From NCBI GenBank assembly GCA_964291625.2, contig OZ220089.1:256001-320000 (forward strand): DNA of 64,000 nucleotides, read 5' to 3'. Positions 39,206-49,001 of the stretch are shown here, piece after piece. The stretch is from Candidatus Latescibacterota bacterium (GTDB taxonomy: Bacteria > Latescibacterota > UBA2968 > UBA8231). Position 1 is the first letter of the stretch, and every line of letters starts with the position of its first letter. The position numbers and the translations under genes were made by a program. The notes under the pieces are model-generated. The model saw only the letters and a program-made list of their open reading frames with translations, searched no databases and was not told the origin of the DNA.

Positions 39206-41824
39206 CTACGGCTCTATGCCCGCGTAGATGGTGATGAAGCCTCGCGTCCGGGTCTTCACCGGCTCGAACCGGAGGTCGCGGCGGCTGACCTCGAAACCGA
39301 GGGTGGTGGTCAGCAGGTAGCCCTGGTAGTCGGACAGGTTCATGATCTGCACCGTCGTCGTCAGCCCCCTGTAGGAGGGGCTGGCCCCGGGGGGCACCGG
39401 GTCCCGCAGCTGGTTGAAGACCTCGTACTCCACGCCCCCTTCGACGAAGCTCTTCTGCATGATCGGGTGGCGGAGGACGATCATGAAGAGCTCGGTCAAC
39501 TCCTGGCGGCGCGACTCTTCCCGGGCCACCGGGGCCGAGCGCGACCACTCGCTCTTCCACCGGGGTGTGACGAGCGTCTGCCCGAGGCTCCAGCTGTAGT
39601 GGGCCTTGTTGATCACCCCGAGGAACCAGGACGACCGGCGCTGGCCCCGCAGCTCCAGGTCGAGGTCGTCGTCGACCTGCCGCCACCAGGTCCACTTCAC
39701 CTTGTTGTCCAGGGAGAGATCGCCCCTCCGGTGCTGCCAGCCCGCCCAGGTCGTGTTCACCCAGGTGTCCTGCGCCGCCAGCGGGTCGAGGACGGGGAAG
39801 AGATCCCCCCGGGCGTTGGGCAGCTGCACCCACTGCAGCAGGTCGTCGCGGATCGTGTCCCGGACCCGGCGCAGGTCCTGGAAGAGACGCAGACGCCCCC
39901 GGGCGGCGGTGTTCCAGTCGACGGCGAGCTGTCCGTAGTTGGCCCGGTTGTGGCGGTCGTCGGAGATCTGCTCCACCTCCATGCGGCCCAGGGTGAGGCG
40001 GATGTCGGGCCCGACGTGGAAGCCGCCGTAGAGGTTGAAGCCCTGCTGGTCGCGCCGGTAGGGGAAGTCGGGCCGCTCGTCGTTCTCGAAGCGGTCCACC
40101 GTGCCGTTGTGGTTGGCGTCGACGCCGTAGAGGTACGCCGGGCGGTCGGCGAAGTAGCGCAGGAAGGGCTCCTCCCAGTCGGGGAGCAGGTTCTGGCGCT
40201 CCTCGTTGTCGTTCTGGTTGAAGTCCCAGATGCGGTCGTTGTTCTCGTCGAGCCCCGGGAAGACGTCCTCGTCCCCCGCGCTCGAGCCCTTGCGGCGCCA
40301 GTCCGGAGCCCTGTCGTAGTCGTCGTTGTCCTCGACGAACTCGTAGATCTCGAAGAGGTTGTCGTAGTCCGGCACCGAGGTCTCCTTCTCCACGGTGGCG
40401 AAGGAGGTGGAGTACCCGGGGTCCATGCCGAAGGCCTCGAGGAGGCCGAACCACGGGTAGTCCTTGCGGGAGACGTTGAGCAGCCACCCCAGGGACCGGT
40501 CCCGGGCGGTCTCGTGGCGCTCCCGGTGCGGGTTGGGGTACTTGCGGTAGCGGTGGTTGAGGTTGACCTCGAGGTAGCCGTCGAGCCCGTGGAGGTCCGT
40601 CGTCTGCACCGTGAAGCCGGCGATCTGGTTGCCCGTGGGCATGCCGTAGTCGAAGCGCAGGACGCGCTGGTTGGAGCCGTCCCTGACGTTGCCCCGGGCC
40701 CTGGCGAGGGGCAGAAAGACGACGACGTCGTCGGCGTTGACCTGGCGGTCGGAGGCGATGTCGATGCGGTAGTCGTTGGCCACCACCAGCTCGACCTCGA
40801 CGCGCTCGATCTCCGTCGGGTCGGGTCCCGCGTAGGTGCGGTCGCCGAAGTCGTAGGTGACGACGATCTCGTCGCCGTCCGCCGCCAGGAACCCGGCCCG
40901 CTGCAGGCCGCCCTCCACGAGGGGGCGGAAGCCGATCTCGGAGGCGCGGACGGTGCCGCCGTCGAGGTCGTGGATCCGCAGGTCCGAGGAGAACAGGGCG
41001 CCCCCGGAGCCGTCGCCGGGAGAGTCGTCGGAGATGCGCACCTGGATGCGGTTGACGGTGCGGAAGTTCTGGCCCTCCGAGAGCACGCCGGAGATGATGT
41101 CGCTACCGAAGCCGTCGAGCTGGGTGACCGAGTGGTGGGCGTTGACGTAGGTGCCGCCCACGACCAGGAAGTCGCCGACCTGGGACTCCATCCGGCCCCC
41201 GAAGAGGTTGGTGTTGCTGGTGCGCCCCTCCGGCAGGAACGAGGGCGAGTTGGGCTCGTTGATGCGCGACAGGAGGAGGGTGACGGCGTGCTTGTCGGAG
41301 GCGAAGTCCCACTGCAGGCCGTTGAACTCCGGCTTGCTGAAGGTCATCGGCGTAAGGGTCGTGCGGATGCGGTTGCCCACGGTGACCGCCAGGTGGTACT
41401 GCCCCTTGTGATCGGAAGCCACGGCGAGGCTCGAGAACCAGCCGCTGAAGCGGCCCGTCTTCTCCAGCACGCTGCCGAAGGGCACCGAGTTCTGCTGGCG
41501 CCAGTCGTAGACCAGCCAGCCGCGGGTCAGCAGGTTGCCGTAGGCATCGTACCAGTAGTCCCCCTCCAGCGACGTGGAGACGTAGCGCTGGTAGTTCTGG
41601 CGGGCGTAGTTGGAGTACTGCCACTGCTTCCACTGGTACTCCGCGTAGAGCTCCTGGGGCACGTACCACTTGCGCAGGGCCGGGTCGAGGGCGTCGAAGA
41701 TCACCCCCGGCCCCGTGGGCTCGAAGCTGACCCGGCCGCCGCGCTTGACCGTGCCCAGGCGGGCGCCGTAGTCCTGGGCCCCGGCGGCGGCGGCCAGCAG
41801 CAGAATCGTCAGTATCCGCACCAT
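39206..41824 (-). CDS. Hypothetical exported, putative outer-membrane protein (~872 aa), paralog A
   Basis: ATG at 41824 with signal MVRILTILLLAAAAGAQ; amphipathic beta strands; Asp/Asn-rich segment; colinear similarity to 43782-46499. Confidence 0.7.
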   Translation of the reverse strand: MVRILTILLLAAAAGAQDYGARLGTVKRGGRVSFEPTGPGVIFDALDPALRKWYVPQELYAEYQWKQWQYSNYARQNYQRYVSTSLEGDYWYDAYGNLLTRGWLVYDWRQQNSVPFGSVLEKTGRFSGWFSSLAVASDHKGQYHLAVTVGNRIRTTLTPMTFSKPEFNGLQWDFASDKHAVTLLLSRINEPNSPSFLPEGRTSNTNLFGGRMESQVGDFLVVGGTYVNAHHSVTQLDGFGSDIISGVLSEGQNFRTVNRIQVRISDDSPGDGSGGALFSSDLRIHDLDGGTVRASEIGFRPLVEGGLQRAGFLAADGDEIVVTYDFGDRTYAGPDPTEIERVEVELVVANDYRIDIASDRQVNADDVVVFLPLARARGNVRDGSNQRVLRFDYGMPTGNQIAGFTVQTTDLHGLDGYLEVNLNHRYRKYPNPHRERHETARDRSLGWLLNVSRKDYPWFGLLEAFGMDPGYSTSFATVEKETSVPDYDNLFEIYEFVEDNDDYDRAPDWRRKGSSAGDEDVFPGLDENNDRIWDFNQNDNEERQNLLPDWEEPFLRYFADRPAYLYGVDANHNGTVDRFENDERPDFPYRRDQQGFNLYGGFHVGPDIRLTLGRMEVEQISDDRHNRANYGQLAVDWNTAARGRLRLFQDLRRVRDTIRDDLLQWVQLPNARGDLFPVLDPLAAQDTWVNTTWAGWQHRRGDLSLDNKVKWTWWRQVDDDLDLELRGQRRSSWFLGVINKAHYSWSLGQTLVTPRWKSEWSRSAPVAREESRRQELTELFMIVLRHPIMQKSFVEGGVEYEVFNQLRDPVPPGASPSYRGLTTTVQIMNLSDYQGYLLTTTLGFEVSRRDLRFEPVKTRTRGFITIYAGIEP

Positions 41825-41841
41825 CCCCTTCTCCCCGCTCT

Positions 41842-43785
41842 TCAGTAGGCCACGGCGAGAACGCCGTGGTGGTCCTCGGCAAAGGCGTCGGCGTCGATCC
41901 GCAGGCGCCAGATATAGGTGCCCGGCGCCAGGGGGCGGCCGTCGGCGCCGCGGCCGTCCCACAGGTATTCCGAGGGCCCCAGGCCGTGGAGCCCGAGGTC
42001 GGCGTGGGCCACGCGCCGGCCGGAGAGATCGAAGAGCTCGAAGCGCACCGGGGCCCTGTCGGTCAGTTGCAGCAGGTTGAACTGCACCCGCAGTCCGTCG
42101 TTGAGGCCGTCTCCGTTGGGCGTCACCACCCGGGTGGAGAGGGCGATCTGTCCCACGAGGCGGCCGATCTGCTCCTCCGGGATGGCCACGAAGAGACCGG
42201 ACAGCTCGTCGTGGTCGCCGGGCCCGAAGTCGGCGGCATCGCCGCCCTCGAGGGGCTGGGGCACGGAGGGATAGCGGCTGTTGATGGCGCGGCCCGAGAA
42301 CGTGGTCCCGAAGCGGAACACCGGCAGATCGAAGGTGAACTCGAGGACGTCCCCCGCCCCGGAGATGAGGGGCAGGCCGATGCGGAAGGCGTCGTGCCTC
42401 GAGAACAGGACCTCCGCCTCCAGGGCCTCGCCGTTCAACCGCACCTCGCGCACCCGCTCCATGGGGACCGTCGTGTCCACCTCGAGCTGGTCGAAGCCGA
42501 GGACCGCTCCCGCCCGGCCCACGCGGACGGCGTAGCGGAAGCTGGCCGGCTCCTCGACCTGCGCGAGTCGCGGATAGACCTCCGCCCGCAGGGTGTCGGC
42601 GATCGGCGGCCTCAGATAGGGGAAGGAGATGCTGTCCACCTGCCGGGTGTCGAAGAGGCGGCCGGCGAACTCCAGCCGGAACTGCACCCAGCGGCGCGGG
42701 ATCGGGGCGGTGACCGGCGCCCCGAGGGCCGCCGACTTCCAGGGGCTCCAGCTGTCGACGTCCTCGACCACCCCGGCGCGGTCCTGGGACTCGAGGTCCC
42801 GGTACTCCTCCGGGGTGATCTCGGCGAGGATGGTGCTCTCCGGATCCTCCGGGTCGGGCACGCGGCGCCGGAAGACCAGCGGCGTGTCGTCGTTGCCCGT
42901 GCGCACTCGCACCCTCATCTCGGAGAACGCGGGCGGCCCGGCGATCTCCTCCACCCAGCGCAGCGGCCCGATGGAGGCCCGCCCCCCGAGGTCGATCAGG
43001 TCCGAGTAGTAGACCCCTCCGTCCAGGTACCCGGTGCCGTAGACCTCCAGCTCGTCCACCTCGAAGGGCCGCTCGCTCAGGGAGCGCAGCTTCACCTGGC
43101 GCACGTAGCGCGGGTCCACGCGCACGTCGACGACGGGGTCGGTGTTGTTGGTGACCCGCTCCACGAGGATGTCCGGACTGCCGGCGGCGCGATCCGTCTG
43201 CCGCGGGTTGATCCACACCTCGTAGGCGCGCAGGTAGTCGTCGTGGAAGGGCGTCTCCGGCGTGGCCGCGACGGTGTTGCGCGGATAGAAGCGGATGCGC
43301 TCGACCCCCACCTGGCGCCCGAAGTCGAGCCACACCCAGATCCCGAAACTGGTCAGGGTCGGCTCGAGGAGGGTCGGCTTGCGCTCGAAGGCCACGGTGT
43401 GGTCGCCGTTCACCAGCCCCTCCAGCTGCCTGCGCACCAGGGCGGAGGGCCGGCCGATGGAGTTCGGCGCCCGGATGCGGCCGCCCCTCTCGAGGACGAG
43501 GCCGGCGATGTTGGTCTCGCCGTCGTAGTACCGGGGGCTGATCCAGCCCGGGCGATGGTCGAACTCGATGTCGGCGCCGGGGGCGTTCCCCGTGTCGAGG
43601 ACCGCCCGGACGCCGGACTTCACCAGGTGGACGGGGTCTCCCCGGCCGCCCCCTTCGGCCCAGGAACGGCCGCCGTCCCCGAGGGTGTAGCGGCCGAGCT
43701 GGGCCCCGGCGCCGTCGGCGCAGGCCAGGACCGCCAGGGCGAGGGCCGCGGCGCCGGCCCGCCGGGTGCGGAGGCCGCGGCTCAC
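41842..43785 (-). CDS. Secreted protein (~647 aa): discoidin-like domain plus C-terminal FlgD-Ig / T9SS type-B CTD-like domain
   Basis: GTG at 43785; signal ending GAGAQ; WLDFGRQVGVERIRFYPR; VTPNGDGLND...LFDLSGRRV...WDGRGADGRPLAPGTYI; ends AVAY. Confidence 0.8.
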   Translation of the reverse strand: MSRGLRTRRAGAAALALAVLACADGAGAQLGRYTLGDGGRSWAEGGGRGDPVHLVKSGVRAVLDTGNAPGADIEFDHRPGWISPRYYDGETNIAGLVLERGGRIRAPNSIGRPSALVRRQLEGLVNGDHTVAFERKPTLLEPTLTSFGIWVWLDFGRQVGVERIRFYPRNTVAATPETPFHDDYLRAYEVWINPRQTDRAAGSPDILVERVTNNTDPVVDVRVDPRYVRQVKLRSLSERPFEVDELEVYGTGYLDGGVYYSDLIDLGGRASIGPLRWVEEIAGPPAFSEMRVRVRTGNDDTPLVFRRRVPDPEDPESTILAEITPEEYRDLESQDRAGVVEDVDSWSPWKSAALGAPVTAPIPRRWVQFRLEFAGRLFDTRQVDSISFPYLRPPIADTLRAEVYPRLAQVEEPASFRYAVRVGRAGAVLGFDQLEVDTTVPMERVREVRLNGEALEAEVLFSRHDAFRIGLPLISGAGDVLEFTFDLPVFRFGTTFSGRAINSRYPSVPQPLEGGDAADFGPGDHDELSGLFVAIPEEQIGRLVGQIALSTRVVTPNGDGLNDGLRVQFNLLQLTDRAPVRFELFDLSGRRVAHADLGLHGLGPSEYLWDGRGADGRPLAPGTYIWRLRIDADAFAEDHHGVLAVAY

Positions 43786-46499
43786 TGCAGCCCCGCGTTC
43801 ATGCTCACGAAGAGCAGCGACGAGCGTTCGGCCGGTCCCGACTCCGGGGCGCGGTCTCCTACCTGGATGCCGCCGCGCGTGACCAGCTGGTAGCCCTGGT
43901 AGCCGACCCGGTTGATCACCTGCACGATCAGGGTTCGGGCCGTGAAGCCGCTGTCGAGCTCCCGGCGCTCCCCCTCCAGCAGCCAGCCCCGGGTCCACTC
44001 CAGGCCGAGCTGCAGCTCGGTGTCGAAGAGTTGCTTACCGTAGCGGGCGTAGTAGTTGACGCTGGTCAGCTCGGAGAGCAGCGGCTGCCGCCACATGAGG
44101 AAGAGGGACTCCTCCAGGCTGCGGGCCGGGGGCCGCCGGGCGTCGTAGGGGCGGTCGGCGCGGTACTCGCTCTTCCAGCGCGGCTCCAGCAGTCCCCGGC
44201 CCACCGGGATCGACCACTCGGCCCGGTTGATCAGGCCCAGGAACCCCGACCTCACCCGCCTCTCCTCCAGGCGCACCTCGTCCTCGTCCCGGCGCTGCCG
44301 GAAGGTCTCCCACTTGAACCGGTGGAAGAGGCGCACGCCCCGTCCCGGCCGCTGATCGAGGTCGGCGTAGAAGGTGTTGCGCCAGGTGTCCCGGGAGGGC
44401 AGCAGGTCCCGGTCGTCCTCCATGCGCCCCGTCGAGCCGCTCGGCTGCACCCAGGTCTGCAGATGATCGGGGATGTCGTCGCGCACCGAGGCGCCGAAGT
44501 CGAAGAGGCGGAGGCGGGAGCGCCCCAGGCGCCCGGTCCAGGCGAGCATGGCGTACCACGACTCCGTCCTGCCGTCGCCGGAGATCAGGCGCATGCGCTG
44601 GCGGCCGGCCACGAGGCGGGCGTCGGGGGTGACGAAGAGCTTGCCGTGGAGGTTGAAGCCGCGGTGGTCGCGCCGGTAGGGGTAGTCGGCATGCAGGTCG
44701 TTCTCGAAGGGGTCGGCGGTGCCGTTGTGGTTCATGTCGACGCCGAAGAGGAACTCGGGCCGGTCCGACCGGAAGCGCAGGAAGGGCTCCTCGTAGTCGG
44801 GAACCAGGTTGCGGTTGTAGTTGAGGGAGACCGCCACCGGCTCTCCCGGCCGCGCGAAGGCCCCTGCCGGGCGGCGGGTGTTGTTCTGGTTGTAGTCGTA
44901 GATGTAGTCGCGGTTGAAGTCGACGCCGGGGAAGGCGATCCCGCCCGAACCGGTCTGCCACGGCCGCGACCACTCGGGGACGGCGTCGTGGTCGTCGTCG
45001 TCGTCGACCAGCTCGTAGAGCATGGGCACGGGGGCCTTGTACTGGATCAGGCCGTTGCCGAGGGTCAGCCAGTGGTTGGTGCTGTAGGCGTCGTCCATGG
45101 AGAACGTCTCCAGGAACAGGCCCCACGGATAGAGGTTCCAGGCGGCGATGCCGTAGGCGGCCCAGGCGGTGCGCACCATCTCGTGGTGCCGGCTCAGCCG
45201 CGGATTGGGATACCTCCGGTGCTGGCGGTTGAGGACCGTCTCCCCCTGCACCGACAGACCGTGCCAGTCCACCAGGTCCCAGTCGAAGCCGACCAGCTCG
45301 TTGGCCGTGGGCAGGCCGTAGTCGAGGAGCAGGACGCGGCCGTTGCTCTCGTCCCGGACGTTGCCCGCCGCCCGCGCGTAGGGGAGGAAGACCGTCTCCG
45401 GGTTGCGCAGGCCGTCCGTCTGGAGATTCGAGGCGAGCTCGATCCGGTAGTCGTTGGCCACGGCCAGCTCCACGGCGGCCGCCGTCAGCGCCCTCGGGTC
45501 GAGGCCGAGCTCGTGCAGGCCCCCCAGGTCGTACTCCAGGAGCAGGCGCTCCGACCCGTCCACCACCAGGGCGCCTTCGCGCAGGCGCCCTCCCTCGATC
45601 AACGGAAGGAGGCCGAGGTCCCGGCCGCTGATGCGCACCCCGTTGGTGTCGGTGAAGACGATGTCGTGGCGGAAGACCCGGGCGCCGCCGACCCCGTCCG
45701 CCGGCGAGTCGTCCCGGACCTGCACCCAGAGCTTGTCCGGGGTACGGTTCTGATTGCTGGTGAGCACGCCGGCCAGCGGGTTGCCGGCCCGGAACTCCGG
45801 CTCGGTGTTGGAGTTGTGCAGGTTCACGTAGGTCAGCCCGAAGCTGCCGGCCGCGAAGGGGACGTAGCCCAGCCGGCCGCCCATCAGGTGGGTCACGTTC
45901 CGGCGGGGGCCGGTGGGCTGGCTCGGCCGGGAGAGGAGCAGGGTGCTCTCGAGCCGGTCCCTGGCATAGTCGAGGCGCACCCCCTCGAAGCGGGGCTTGC
46001 GCAAGGTCAGGGGCGTGAGCTGCGCGTCGAGGACACTGCCCATCATGAGGCGGTAGGTCTCCCCGCCCCGCCGGTCCGAGGCGATGGCGAGCCCCTGGAA
46101 GGCTCCCGGGAACTGAGGCCACAGGATGTCCGAGCCCTCCCGCGACGGCTGCACCTGCTCCCAGGAGTAGACCAGCCAGCCGCGGCCCAGGTGCTCGCCG
46201 AAGGAGTCGTACCACTCCTCCCCCGCCAGGAACGGGTCCAGGTAGCGCAGGTAGCGGTCGCGGGCGTAGTTGGCGCCGGTTTCGTACCAGTGGGCGGCGT
46301 AGGTCCCGGCCAGGCTTCGGGAGGCGTACCACTTGTGCAGGGCCGGAGTCGTGTAGTCCACCTCGAAGCGCGGGGACAGGTCGGCCAAGGCCCGCGTGGG
46401 GTGACTCTGTCCCTCCACCAGGGGCGGGAAGCCCCCGGCCAGGAGCAGGGCCGCCCACAGGGCCGCACGGGGCCCCCGACCGGTCGCCGGAGCGGGCAT
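43782..46499 (-). CDS. Hypothetical exported, putative outer-membrane protein (905 aa), paralog B
   Basis: Signal peptide; shares PAL(R/H)KWY, NYAR, RGWLVY, TP(M/L)T, VANDYRI, DYG(M/L)PT and EEPFLR with paralog A. Confidence 0.7.
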   Translation of the reverse strand: MPAPATGRGPRAALWAALLLAGGFPPLVEGQSHPTRALADLSPRFEVDYTTPALHKWYASRSLAGTYAAHWYETGANYARDRYLRYLDPFLAGEEWYDSFGEHLGRGWLVYSWEQVQPSREGSDILWPQFPGAFQGLAIASDRRGGETYRLMMGSVLDAQLTPLTLRKPRFEGVRLDYARDRLESTLLLSRPSQPTGPRRNVTHLMGGRLGYVPFAAGSFGLTYVNLHNSNTEPEFRAGNPLAGVLTSNQNRTPDKLWVQVRDDSPADGVGGARVFRHDIVFTDTNGVRISGRDLGLLPLIEGGRLREGALVVDGSERLLLEYDLGGLHELGLDPRALTAAAVELAVANDYRIELASNLQTDGLRNPETVFLPYARAAGNVRDESNGRVLLLDYGLPTANELVGFDWDLVDWHGLSVQGETVLNRQHRRYPNPRLSRHHEMVRTAWAAYGIAAWNLYPWGLFLETFSMDDAYSTNHWLTLGNGLIQYKAPVPMLYELVDDDDDHDAVPEWSRPWQTGSGGIAFPGVDFNRDYIYDYNQNNTRRPAGAFARPGEPVAVSLNYNRNLVPDYEEPFLRFRSDRPEFLFGVDMNHNGTADPFENDLHADYPYRRDHRGFNLHGKLFVTPDARLVAGRQRMRLISGDGRTESWYAMLAWTGRLGRSRLRLFDFGASVRDDIPDHLQTWVQPSGSTGRMEDDRDLLPSRDTWRNTFYADLDQRPGRGVRLFHRFKWETFRQRRDEDEVRLEERRVRSGFLGLINRAEWSIPVGRGLLEPRWKSEYRADRPYDARRPPARSLEESLFLMWRQPLLSELTSVNYYARYGKQLFDTELQLGLEWTRGWLLEGERRELDSGFTARTLIVQVINRVGYQGYQLVTRGGIQVGDRAPESGPAERSSLLFVSMNAGLQ

Positions 46500-49001
46500 C
46501 AGTAGGCCACGTGCACGAGGCGGACCCGGCTGGTGCGCCGGCCTCCGGTGTCCACGCCCACCCCGACGCGGGCGGCATAGATGCCCGGCGCCACGAGGGC
46601 GCCCGAGTCGTCGCGGCCGTCCCAGGGGAAGTCATGGCGGCCGCTGGCCTGGGGCGGCACCCGGGTCAGGTCGCGCACGAGCCGGCCGGAGAGGTCGTGG
46701 ATGCCCACCGTGATCCGCGGCGGCCCCCGCACCTGGAAGACCTGGAAGGAGAGGACGGCCTCGTCGTTGACGCCGTCGCCGTTGGGGGTCAGCACCGGCG
46801 GCGTCACCTCCAGCGGCGCCAGCAGGCGCCCGGCCTCCAGGTCGGAGACGACCACCAGGGACTGGCTCTCCACCAGGTCGGTGGCGTCTCCCTCGCTGGC
46901 GATCTGCAGGATCCCGGGCTTCCGAGGAGCGGGACAGCTCGACCCGGAAGGTGGTGCCGCTGAGGAAGACCTGGGTGCGGATGCGGGCCGCATAGACCGA
47001 GCGGCCCGAGGTGACCGGCCCGGGAAAGCGGACGTCCACGCCTCCCTCCACCGGAGCGGCGGAGGCGGTGGCCAGCAGGTCGACGGCGTTCCCCGTGCGC
47101 AGGCGGGCCTCGGAGCCGGCGTGCAGCGACACCAGTGTCATGGGCGCGCTCGAGGAGGAGCGGATCCCCATGCGGTCGAAGCCCGGGTCGCCCGCCCGGA
47201 AGCGGGGCCGCATGTAGATGGTGAACTCCTGATCGACCCCCGCGGGCACCTCGCTGGTGGGCCAGATCTCGGCCCACACCTGGTCCACCAGGGGCTCGGC
47301 GAGACCGATCCGCAGGCCGCGTATGGCGGCGCGCCTCAGGGGGTTGATGGTCAACAGGCGCACCTGGGCCAACGCGTAGCGCCGCGGACTCGGCGAGCGG
47401 AAGGGCTCCGGCGACTCGCGGTAGACCTCGCTCCAGCTGCTCCACTTCTGCCCGGGCACGTAGAGCGTGTCCACGGGACCCCGGTTCGACTCGCGGGCCC
47501 TCTCCCAGCGCTCCTGCTCGATGGGGAAACCGGCGGCGTCGAGGTATCTCAGCTCCTGGCGCAGGTCGTCTCCCGAGCGCGTGCGGACCTCGATGCGGGT
47601 CTCCCGCGGCGCCTCCCCCTCCCACGACAGGGAGCTGAACATGCGCGACCCCGGCAGGGCGATCAGGGGGGAGGTGAGGACCACCTCCGAGACGAAGCCC
47701 TCGCCGAAGGCCAGCATCTCGGCGAGCTGGCCGCTCTCCTGCTCGGTGCCGAGCAGCGCCAGGGCCCGCAGCTGCACGTGGCGCACCTCCTGCAGCGGGA
47801 AGCTCTCCTCCAGCTGGTGGAAGCGGTCGCGGTTCAGGCGCTCGTCCAGCTCGTTCCAGACGCGCTCCCCGTTGGGGTCGATGGAGCCGTCGGAGAGCAG
47901 CACCTGGTAGGCCCGAAGCGGCTGCTCGGGGGTGACCAGGCGCACCCGGTCGAGCCAGTACTTGGCGCCCAGGTCGACCTCCAGCTGGTTGCGCCGGCGC
48001 ACCTGGTCATACGGCTTGATGGGGAACCACGTGTAGAAGAACCCGTCCGTCGAGATGGTGCGCACCAGGTCGCCGATGGCCCGGGTCTGGAGGTTGATGA
48101 GCCGCTGCGTGTTGAGGACCACGTTCTCTCCGGGGGTGATCACCTCCAGCTCCGCCACCCGGGGGCGCTCGCGGCGGAAGTGGCGCACCGGCCCCCGTTC
48201 GGCCTCGGGCAGGTCGCTCCAGGTCGCCTCGGAGACCGGGATCTCCCGGCCCGCCACCGTGGTGCGGTGGTAGGCCACCGCGCCCCGGTCCTCCGGCGGC
48301 AGGGCCGCGTGCTCCTCCGGCGAGACCTCGCGGCCTCGGTCCCCGTCCGAGCCGAGGGCCTCCAGACGGACGAACTGCACCACCTGGCCCGTCACCCCCG
48401 GAGGCAGGGGGCGCTGCGGCTTGATGTCGAAGACGAAGTGCCGCCCGTCCTTGTTGGGCAGGACCACCTGGCCGGCGCGGAAGTACTCCAGGTCGTCGTT
48501 GAGGCGGCCGAGCCCGTTGGAGAGGCGTACGCGGAACTTCAGGAACGGATCGCCCTCGCCCTCGGGCGCGAACCGCACCACCACCTGCTCGGCGATCACG
48601 GCGCGGCCGAGGTCGATCTCGACGAACCAGTCCTCCACATCGTCGGCCGGGTCGGGCTCCCACCAGGTGAGGGGGTCCCCGTCGTGCACCAGGGATCCCG
48701 TCTCCGCGCCGCTGCCGATGGCGTGGACGCCGCCCGTGACCGTGTCGGAGTCGGCGAATATGGCCATGTACTCGTGGGCATCGAGGGCGGCGTTGCCCCG
48801 CCGCTGCAGCCCCCGGGGGGTCACGGTGCCGTCAGGCCCCAGCTCCAGGGCGCCCTCGGGCAGCTGCCACGCCGACCAGTGAGCGGCGCGGTCGACGACG
48901 ACCTCCGTCGGCCTCAGCCGGTACCCCTCCTGGGGGGCTGCGGCGGTGCCCAGGAGCACGAGAGCGGCCGCGAGCCAGCTGGGCGGGCGGGGACGGACCA
49001 T
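46499..49001 (-). CDS. Secreted protein (~833 aa if corrected) with discoidin-like domains and FlgD-Ig / type-B CTD-like tail; apparent 1-nt frameshift at ~46918-46923
   Basis: ORF 46632-49001 (HDGDPLTWW...EIDLGR; EVDLGAKYWLDRVR) joins the frame of 46499-46993 (PGILQ...LTPNGDGVND...WDGRDDSGALVAPGIY...HVAY) after removing one base. Confidence 0.78.
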
